Below are positions 35,111 to 41,952 of a stretch of DNA of 41,952 nucleotides, one piece after another. This stretch comes from Candidatus Woesearchaeota archaeon (GTDB taxonomy: Archaea; Nanobdellota; Nanobdellia; Woesearchaeales; JACPBO01): contig JACPBO010000020.1 of NCBI GenBank assembly GCA_016180285.1, positions 1-41,952 on the forward strand, in the 5' to 3' direction. The notes beneath the pieces were generated by a model. That model saw only the letters and a list, made by a program, of their open reading frames with translations. It was not told the origin of the DNA and made no database searches. How positions within the stretch are numbered: position 1 is the stretch's first letter; every line of letters starts with the position of its first letter. A program made the translations under genes and the position numbers.

Positions 35111-36321
35111 TCAACGATTATGTAAAATACGCCTTCCTTAATTTCAGGGAAAGAAGAGTAAGGACATGGCTCACAATGCTCGGCATTTTCATAGGAATAG
35201 CATTGGTTGTTGCCCTGATCAGCCTTGGCCAGGGATTGCAGGAGACAATAAACGAGCAGTTTAAGATGCTTGGCGTTGACAAGATAATTATAAGCCCTGG
35301 CGGGACTTTTTCAGGAGTTGGAGGAAGCTCTGCAGCATCAGAGCTGAAAGAGAAAGATCTTGATGCAATAAAAAAATCCAGAGGCGTTGATCTTGCTGCT
35401 GGCTTCATATATAAACTGGCAAGAATGAAAAGCGGCAATGAATTCAAATACAGCTGGGCAACCGGAATGCCGACAGATGAATCCAGAAAAATAATCCAGA
35501 GCATACATTCTTTTAAAATCATTGAAGGTAGGGACTTGAAGAAAGGCGACAGCTATAATGCATTAGTTGGCATAATGTTCAGCGAAGGCAGGGTTTTCAA
35601 AAAAAATCTTAAGCCAGGGGACAAAATAGAAGTTGAAGGAAAGGATTTTAAGATTATCGGGATATTGGGCAGGATAGGCAATCCCCAGGATGACTCGCAG
35701 ATACTTATTCCATTGGATGTTGCAAGAGCTGTTTTAAATGAGCCTGAAAAATATAATACGATAATAGCGCAGATAAAGGAAGGCGAAGATGCAAATGCAG
35801 TTGCAGAAAACATTAAAAAAAGGCTGCGTGGCGAAAGGAATGTAAAGGAAGGAGAAGAGGATTTCTCAATACAGACATCGGCCCAGCTGCTGGACACTTT
35901 CAAAACAGTGTTTACAATTGTGCAGGCTGTTCTGATCGGAATTGCTGCGATAAGCTTGCTAGTTGGCGGAATAGGGATAATGAATACAATGTACACATCT
36001 GTTTTAGAGAGAACGCAAGAGATTGGCGTTATGAAGGCAATTGGAGCGAAGAACTCAGATATTGCGCAGATATTCCTGATAGAATCCGGATTGCTTGGGC
36101 TTACCGGAGGCGTAATCGGCATACTGATCGGAGTTGGCTTGAGCAACATTGTGGTTTACATCACAACCAGGATGGGAGTGTCAATCTTAAAGGCATATTT
36201 CCCGGGGTATTTGATTATTGGATCATTGCTGTTTTCAGTTGCTGTCGGAATTGCTTCAGGAATGCTTCCGGCAAGGCAGGCGGCATATATGAGGCCTGCT
36301 GATTCATTAAGGTATGAATAA
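35107..36321 (+). CDS. ABC transporter permease (MacB/FtsX), paralog
   Basis: Same motifs as the preceding gene; ends LRYE. Confidence 0.93.
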   Translation: MINDYVKYAFLNFRERRVRTWLTMLGIFIGIALVVALISLGQGLQETINEQFKMLGVDKIIISPGGTFSGVGGSSAASELKEKDLDAIKKSRGVDLAAGFIYKLARMKSGNEFKYSWATGMPTDESRKIIQSIHSFKIIEGRDLKKGDSYNALVGIMFSEGRVFKKNLKPGDKIEVEGKDFKIIGILGRIGNPQDDSQILIPLDVARAVLNEPEKYNTIIAQIKEGEDANAVAENIKKRLRGERNVKEGEEDFSIQTSAQLLDTFKTVFTIVQAVLIGIAAISLLVGGIGIMNTMYTSVLERTQEIGVMKAIGAKNSDIAQIFLIESGLLGLTGGVIGILIGVGLSNIVVYITTRMGVSILKAYFPGYLIIGSLLFSVAVGIASGMLPARQAAYMRPADSLRYE

Positions 36322-36425
36322 CTTGCAGTGGAAAATGGCAAACATCGAATTTAAGATCGAGTAATTTATTACTTATATGAGCAAGATAATAGAAACGTTT
36401 TTATTTAAGCTGTTTTTTAATTTCC

Positions 36426-36710
36426 ATGATGAAACAAAACGAATTGAACCAAAAGCTTGTAAATCACGCAAAATACTTCCAGAATGAAGTGAGGAAAAAC
36501 ATAGCTATTGCCATATCAGCGGCATTTGCATTTATTCTCGCATTGTACTGGAAGGATCTCATAACTGAAGGCGTCAATAAAGTGCTTGATTATCTCAAGC
36601 TAAGCGGCAACAGCTTTTATTTCAGGGTGTTTGTTGCCCTCATTGTGACATTGATCTGCGTATTTGGAATAATAATCATAACAAAATGGGGTCAGATAAA
36701 AAACAAATAG
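36426..36710 (+). CDS. Small two-TM protein (DUF5654-like)
   Basis: AAFAFILALYWKD pattern and two TM helices. Confidence 0.7.
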   Translation: MMKQNELNQKLVNHAKYFQNEVRKNIAIAISAAFAFILALYWKDLITEGVNKVLDYLKLSGNSFYFRVFVALIVTLICVFGIIIITKWGQIKNK

Positions 36711-36711
36711 G

Positions 36712-37071
36712 ATGAAGCAGAGAATAAGCACATTAATAACAATCTTCCTTGTATTTGCAATCCTGCTTACAGGGGCAACTGTCTACCATAATTTAGAGCG
36801 CTGGTCATGGGTGGATTCCTTTTATTTTTCAGCGACAACACTCACAACAGTCGGCTTTGGAGACTTGCACCCGACTACAGATGCATCTAAGATCTTCACA
36901 ATATTCTATGTGATTGTCGGAGTAAGCGTTGTGCTTTATATGTTCTCTAAGATAATCGTGGGCTATTTTGAAGGGCACGGCGCAACAATAACGAATTCGC
37001 TTATGCATGTGCTGAATAAGAAGAAAAAACCAGAAAGGTGGATTGAGCTTAAAGTTAAGAAGGAGAAGTAG
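36712..37071 (+). CDS. Minimal two-TM potassium channel
   Basis: Pore helix and TTVGFGD selectivity filter between two TM helices. Confidence 0.92.
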   Translation: MKQRISTLITIFLVFAILLTGATVYHNLERWSWVDSFYFSATTLTTVGFGDLHPTTDASKIFTIFYVIVGVSVVLYMFSKIIVGYFEGHGATITNSLMHVLNKKKKPERWIELKVKKEK

Positions 37072-38008
37072 GGGTTTTTAGGTTTTTCAGATAAAGCTCA
37101 AGCTTGTTTTTAACTTTTTCTTTCAGGCTTTTAACTAGCTTTAATCTTTTAATTTCTTTATCAACATCAAACCTTTTGAATTCTGTCAAAGTTCCTCTAA
37201 ACTTCCTCCCAGCAATTTTCGCCTGCCTTTCAATTTCTCTCGCATATTTCGATCCAAAATGCCTCAATGCAGGGAACTTGCTTATCGAGTTTGCCCCTGC
37301 TTTCAGCAGATCAGAAACATAATAAACCCTGTCCAGCCATATTCCTGCCTGTATGTCTATTTTCGGGGATTCCTTTCTCGTCAATTTTATCCATTCTGCC
37401 ATATATTCTTTTTTCGGAGGGCTTGATTTTTCAAAGATCGTTCCCTTTTGGGGGTTTAATCCGTAGAAATGTATTTTTGATATCTTGTATTTTTTAATGA
37501 AATCTTTCAATCTTTCAAAATCATTAATATTTTCTCCTAAGCCGAGTATTATTGTCATTGCAGTTTTTAGCTTAAGTTTTAGGGCTTCTTCAAGCATCTT
37601 TTCAAATGGCTTAATCGGCTTTGAAGGGCAGACAATATCATGGACTTTTGGGTTGATAGTTTCTATAGAAGCAACAACGCCTTTGATGTACGGCCTGAAT
37701 TTGATCAAATCTCTCTTTTTAATTGGCCCTATGTTGATCCATATCTTTTCATTTATGGTTTTTTTAATTAATTTCAGCATCTCTAAAAAGTCCGTTGCTG
37801 CATACGCATTATGCCCGCCTGACAGGAAGCCGATATCCCAGCCTAGTTTTTTGCACAGGATGAATTCAGCCAGAATTGATGCAAATGATCTTACAGCCAT
37901 CTTCTGGCCTTTCGGCTGGGTGCTCATATAGCAGAACTTGCAGTCTGCAGTGCTGCAGTACCAGCTGAAGAAGACTGCGCGCTCGAAATTCGTTGTAGTT
38001 AGTTTCAT
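37055..38008 (-). CDS. Biotin-synthase-like radical SAM protein (Cx4Cx2C)
   Basis: CSTADCKFC, IET, IILGLGE, NPQKGT and AGAN motifs. Confidence 0.85.
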   Translation of the reverse strand: MKLTTTNFERAVFFSWYCSTADCKFCYMSTQPKGQKMAVRSFASILAEFILCKKLGWDIGFLSGGHNAYAATDFLEMLKLIKKTINEKIWINIGPIKKRDLIKFRPYIKGVVASIETINPKVHDIVCPSKPIKPFEKMLEEALKLKLKTAMTIILGLGENINDFERLKDFIKKYKISKIHFYGLNPQKGTIFEKSSPPKKEYMAEWIKLTRKESPKIDIQAGIWLDRVYYVSDLLKAGANSISKFPALRHFGSKYAREIERQAKIAGRKFRGTLTEFKRFDVDKEIKRLKLVKSLKEKVKNKLELYLKNLKTPTSPS

Positions 38009-38013
38009 TTAAA

Positions 38014-38087
38014 AGCCCCCAAAGGGATTTGCACCCTTGATCTCGAGTTTACGAAACTCGCGCTTTAGCTGGCTAAGCTACAGGGGC
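38014..38087 (-). tRNA. tRNA-Thr (anticodon CGT)
   Basis: Acceptor GCCCCTG/TGGGGGC, D stem GCTT/AAGC, anticodon arm CGAGT-TTCGTAA-ACTCG, T arm AAGGG-TGCAAAT-CCCTT, discriminator U. Confidence 0.93.
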
Positions 38088-38093
38088 ATCAGA

Positions 38094-38252
38094 TCATCTA
38101 ATATTTTTCAGCAGCTCTTCCTTGCTCTGAAACTTCTTCTGGCATTCAAAGCAGAAATAATGCTGCTTCCCCTTCTCATCTTTTGCCATTGTCCCGATTA
38201 CCTTCTTCAAAAATGTTTCATTCACCTTGTTGCCGCATATTTCGCATTTCAT
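38094..38252 (-). CDS. Small zinc-finger protein
   Basis: CEIC...CFEC in 52 aa. TATA about 30 nt upstream. Confidence 0.75.
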   Translation of the reverse strand: MKCEICGNKVNETFLKKVIGTMAKDEKGKQHYFCFECQKKFQSKEELLKNIR

Positions 38253-38357
38253 AAGTTTATGTTTTTTCCTTTGTTTATAAACGTTTTTAAAAATGGCCAG
38301 CAAGGGATCAAAAATTCAAAAGGTTTAAATATTAGTTCTTATATATACTTATATAAG

Positions 38358-38624
38358 ATGGAACAGGCAACTATTTTGCACAGCCCTACACTAGAGTCAG
38401 TGATTATGGTAGAAAAAGCAATACAAAAATACAGCCAGGAATGCGGAAAATATCAATTATGGAAAAAGCTGCCTAAGAAAATGATGTATCAGACATTTCA
38501 GACAATTCTGGATTATTTAGAAAAATCTGGAAAAATCATGATAGATAAAGACAGATGCATAATTTGGACATATAACCCAAAAAGAATAAAACAATTGATT
38601 TCTGAAGGGCTTGTAGTAAGATGA
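38358..38624 (+). CDS. Winged-HTH protein (putative antitoxin)
   Basis: ATG 38358 lies about 30 nt after a TATA box. YQTFQTILDYLEKSGKI wHTH; ATGA-coupled to the next gene. Confidence 0.75.
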   Translation: MEQATILHSPTLESVIMVEKAIQKYSQECGKYQLWKKLPKKMMYQTFQTILDYLEKSGKIMIDKDRCIIWTYNPKRIKQLISEGLVVR

Positions 38625-38956
38625 GAAAAGAGATTCTTGTTGCTTTCATAAGCCAGAAATTAAAAGAAGAGTTTGAATCCCTAACAGATGGCAAATTTGA
38701 AGACAAACAACTGTATAAATTCATATGCAGAGCTATTGAAGACATAAAATTAAACCCAGCTTGCGGTATAAAAATACCTAAGAACCTGTGGCCTGCAGTT
38801 TATGTTCAAAAACACGAAATTACTAACCTTTGGAAATATAATCTGCCCAATGCATGGAGGCTGTTGTATACCATAGAAACTGATGAAATAAAAATTGTAA
38901 ATATCATTCTGGAATGGTTCGATCACAAGGAATATGAGAGAATTTTTAAGTACTAG
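38621..38956 (+). CDS. RelE-like putative toxin
   Basis: LWKYNLPNAWRLLYTI...EWFDHKEYE pattern. Confidence 0.7.
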   Translation: MRKEILVAFISQKLKEEFESLTDGKFEDKQLYKFICRAIEDIKLNPACGIKIPKNLWPAVYVQKHEITNLWKYNLPNAWRLLYTIETDEIKIVNIILEWFDHKEYERIFKY

Positions 38957-39015
38957 CTTCTTACTTAATTTTGTAAATCATAAGCTTTATTAAACAATAA
39001 ACAAAAACAAGCCAT

Positions 39016-40770
39016 ATGGCAAGAATCGCTGTTGTTGAAAAGGACAAATGCAACCCAGAAGGCTGCGGAAACTATCTTTGCATTAGGGTGTGCCCTGTCA
39101 ACAGGATCGGCAAGGACTGCATAATAAAGGGGCTGTCAACCAAGGCGCAGATAGATGAAGAGCTTTGCACAGGCTGCGGCATATGCGTCAACAGATGCCC
39201 TTTCGGCGCAATACATATAATCAATCTTCCAGAGGAATTAAAAGAAGGCCCGATACACCGCTACGGAAAAAACGGATTTTCTTTGTACAGGCTGCCAATC
39301 CCTATATTCGGAAAAGTTGTCGGAATTTTGGGAGTCAATGGGATCGGAAAAACAACAGCATTAAAAATATTGGCCGGTTTGCTAAAGCCTAATTTTGGAA
39401 AGGAGAAAGAAGCAGCTTATGATGAGCTCATAGATCATTTCAAAGGCAGCGAAGCACAGTCTTTCTTTGAGAAAATAAAGAAAGGCCATATAAAGATAAG
39501 CTACAAGCCGCAGCAGGTTGATGCAATACCCAAAACAGCAAAAGGGAAAGTAATTGATCTTCTGAAAAAAGTGGATGAGAAAAAAGAATTGAGCAAGGTT
39601 GCAAAACAGCTGGAAATTGAAAAAATACTCGACAATAACATCAATGAAATCTCAGGAGGAGAGCTGCAGAGAGTGGCGATTGCAGCAACTGTACTGAAAA
39701 AAGCAAACCTCTATGTTTTTGACGAGCCAAGCTCATATCTTGATATAAAGCAAAGAATCAAAGTAAGCAAATTCATAAAAAATCTTGCAGATGAAAACAC
39801 AGCTGTTATGGTTGTTGAGCATGATCTGATTATTCTGGATTACATGACCGACCTGATTCACATGATGTACGGCAAAGAAAGCGTTTATGGAGTTGTTTCG
39901 CAGCCAAAGGCAGCAAGGAACGGTATAAACATTTACCTGGATGGATATTTAAAAGAAGAAAATGTCCGCTTCAGGGATAAAACAATAAAATTCTCAGTAA
40001 AGCCGCCGACAGAATCCAAAAAGAGAATGCTGCTTACAGGCTGGCAGGATATTGAAAAGAAGCTTGGCTCTTTCAAATTAAAAGCAGAGAAAGGCGAACT
40101 GCACCGCCATGAAACAATAGGCATTTTAGGTGAAAATGGAATCGGAAAAACAACCTTTGTAAAAATATTGGCAGGAGCCTTAAAGCAGGACAAGGGCATA
40201 GTTGACCAAAACATAAAAGTCAGCTACAAGCCGCAGTACATAGAAACAAAATCAGATGAGCTTGTAATGGCTGCTTTAAAGGAAGCAATGCAGAAATACG
40301 ATGTTCAATTAATGAGGCCTCTGAATCTTAAGCATTTATTGGCTAAAAAAATCATCGAGCTTTCGGGCGGGGAATTGCAGAGGGTTGCGATAGCATTATG
40401 CCTTTCGCAAAAAGCTGATCTATATCTTTTAGATGAGCCTTCTGCTTATCTCGATATTGAGCAAAGGCTGGCTGTTTCAAAAGTCATACATGATATAATG
40501 GAAGAAAGGGGAACTTCAGCATTGGTTGTTGACCATGATTTATTATTCATAGACTATTTATCAGAAGGACTAGTTGTATTCGCAGGAGAGCCGGCTGTGC
40601 ATGGCGAAGCAAAAGGCCCATTTAATATGAAAGACGGAATGAACCTGTTTTTAAGAGAGCTTGGGATCACATTAAGAAGAGATAAAGAATCAAACAGGCC
40701 AAGGATCAACAAGGAAGGATCCCAGCTTGACAGGGAGCAGAAAGAGGAGAATAAGCTGTATTATGGTTGA
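39016..40770 (+). CDS. rli: Ribosome recycling ATPase ABCE1/RLI
   Basis: N-terminal 2x[4Fe-4S] cysteines, two ABC domains (GxNGIGKTT, SGGELQR) and RPRINK. Confidence 0.98.
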   Translation: MARIAVVEKDKCNPEGCGNYLCIRVCPVNRIGKDCIIKGLSTKAQIDEELCTGCGICVNRCPFGAIHIINLPEELKEGPIHRYGKNGFSLYRLPIPIFGKVVGILGVNGIGKTTALKILAGLLKPNFGKEKEAAYDELIDHFKGSEAQSFFEKIKKGHIKISYKPQQVDAIPKTAKGKVIDLLKKVDEKKELSKVAKQLEIEKILDNNINEISGGELQRVAIAATVLKKANLYVFDEPSSYLDIKQRIKVSKFIKNLADENTAVMVVEHDLIILDYMTDLIHMMYGKESVYGVVSQPKAARNGINIYLDGYLKEENVRFRDKTIKFSVKPPTESKKRMLLTGWQDIEKKLGSFKLKAEKGELHRHETIGILGENGIGKTTFVKILAGALKQDKGIVDQNIKVSYKPQYIETKSDELVMAALKEAMQKYDVQLMRPLNLKHLLAKKIIELSGGELQRVAIALCLSQKADLYLLDEPSAYLDIEQRLAVSKVIHDIMEERGTSALVVDHDLLFIDYLSEGLVVFAGEPAVHGEAKGPFNMKDGMNLFLRELGITLRRDKESNRPRINKEGSQLDREQKEENKLYYG

Positions 40771-40779
40771 TCAAAAGCA

Positions 40780-41952
40780 TCACCTGAGAATATTTTCATC
40801 AACAAACTGTAAAATTTGCCCTTTAGGTTTAACATTTACAAGTATGCCTTGCAGCAAGGAGTTAAGATCAGGATCAACAGATGCTTTCATCGCAAGGCTA
40901 TTTATAATCTCGGCATTGCCAAATATTTTTCTTAATACATGGCTGAATTGCACATCTTCCTCAAATTCTTCAGCGCATAATTCTTGAAAATGTTTTAAGC
41001 CATCGGCAGAAACATCGCCCGTCTCAAGGGCTTTTTTGACTGCCATTGCTGCAAATTTCCCGGACTCAAGAGCATAATAAATTCCCTCTCCAGTAAAAGG
41101 ATTTGCAAATCCGCCGCTATCTCCTATTGCAATGACTCCGTTGCCAATAGGGATCTTTTTTGGATCTCTAAACCTTATTGTCCAGGCTTTTGGTTCATGC
41201 GTAATATTAGAGCCCTGCAATAAATTATCTATCTGCTTTGAAGCTTGAATTTCCTTAAAAACATCATAAATATCGGTTTCCTTATATTTTGACAGGCCCC
41301 AGAAGCCCAGGCCAACATTAGCTTTGCCATCGCCTTCAGGAAAAATCCAGAAGTAACCTGGCAGCAACTTTTCATGATAATAAATAACAAATCTGTCTTT
41401 TACTTCAATATGTTCACGCCAACTTTCCAATGCAATAATTGTTTTTTCTTTGCAGGGTGCAATAAGCCCATATTTTTCTGCTAGGCGGGAATTTGCGCCG
41501 TCAGCTAAAATAACAGCTTTTGAATAAATTTTTTCATTGCTTTCGGTTTTTACGCCTTTAACATAACCCGCATCAATAATTAGGTCAATTGCTTCTTCCT
41601 GCCTGAATTCAGAATTTTTAGTTTGCATTCCATGGTCTCTCAGCATCTTATCCAATTCAGTTCTATGTATCACATACCCATAGTCTCTATATTTTTCAGT
41701 CTTAGGTATATTTCCTTCAATAACTGCGCCATTTGGAGCAATTATTTTTCCCCCGATTACTTTATGGTATTTTCTTTCAATCTTGTGGCCAAAATTCATT
41801 TCATCTAATGTCTTAAGAGTCCTTGGAGAAATTCCACCGGAACAAAGCTTTGCTCTTGGAAATTCTTTTTTATCCAATAACAAAAGATCAAGTCCGAGAT
41901 TTCCTGAGAAATACGCTGCTGAAGAGCCTGCTGGGCCTGCTCCGACAATAAT
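40780..41952 (-). CDS. Geranylgeranyl reductase-family FAD oxidoreductase (start outside window)
   Basis: IIVGAGPAGS at the window edge, FPRAKLC, ADG, GYFWIFP and GDSGG...PFTGEGI. Confidence 0.92.
   Translation of the reverse strand: MIVGAGPAGSSAAYFSGNLGLDLLLLDKKEFPRAKLCSGGISPRTLKTLDEMNFGHKIERKYHKVIGGKIIAPNGAVIEGNIPKTEKYRDYGYVIHRTELDKMLRDHGMQTKNSEFRQEEAIDLIIDAGYVKGVKTESNEKIYSKAVILADGANSRLAEKYGLIAPCKEKTIIALESWREHIEVKDRFVIYYHEKLLPGYFWIFPEGDGKANVGLGFWGLSKYKETDIYDVFKEIQASKQIDNLLQGSNITHEPKAWTIRFRDPKKIPIGNGVIAIGDSGGFANPFTGEGIYYALESGKFAAMAVKKALETGDVSADGLKHFQELCAEEFEEDVQFSHVLRKIFGNAEIINSLAMKASVDPDLNSLLQGILVNVKPKGQILQFVDENILR

Noticed and set aside
34715..36095. Nucleotide similarity between the two permease genes
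   Set aside because: Ordinary paralogy of the conserved MacB/FtsX motif, not a repeat element or DGR template/variable pair.
38037..38357. N-terminal half of ORF 38037-38624
   Set aside because: It overlaps tRNA-Thr and the Zn-finger gene on the opposite strand.
400..41808. Numerous antisense and overlapping ORFs in the track (e.g. 5772-6404, 31852-32511, 35553-36149, 37485-37931)
   Set aside because: They are shadow frames of well-supported genes and have no motifs of their own.
1..41952. CRISPR array, cas genes, rRNA, integrase or transposase
   Set aside because: No regularly spaced repeats with unique spacers and no recognisable motifs for these genes were seen.

Overview
This is an AT-rich archaeal genome segment, most consistent with a DPANN lineage such as Woesearchaeota. 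That placement is an inference from ABCE1/RLI, archease+RtcB, deoxyhypusine synthase, CCA-less tRNAs, and TATA boxes about 30 nt before leaderless ATGs. The housekeeping backbone comprises TatD, archease, RtcB, TsaC/Sua5, CTP synthase, a Ca/Na antiporter, a MacB-type ABC operon, a K+ channel, ABCE1, a geranylgeranyl reductase, tRNA-Val(CAC) and tRNA-Thr(CGT). It is interrupted by accessory cassettes. The most notable region is a ~7 kb hotspot between rtcB and a metallophosphoesterase (11790-18680). It holds (i) a four-gene operon of a membrane protein, a small protein starting MGG, a small helical protein and a large QatC/Cap9-type QueC enzyme, which is a candidate new deazaguanylation-dependent defence system; (ii) an orphan HEPN gene; (iii) an MNT + RelE/HigB-like pair; (iv) a Fic gene; and (v) a miniaturised AroA-like enolpyruvyl transferase. 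Degenerate copies of the phosphoesterase 3' end separate several of these cassettes. Other highlights are a candidate leaderless uORF/attenuator in front of the polyamine (DHS + decarboxylase) operon, tRNAs with an A18/G55 elbow, a free-standing LAGLIDADG-HTH gene, a standalone CARF-like protein and several palindromic elements. All functional calls come from reading motifs by eye; no searches were run.
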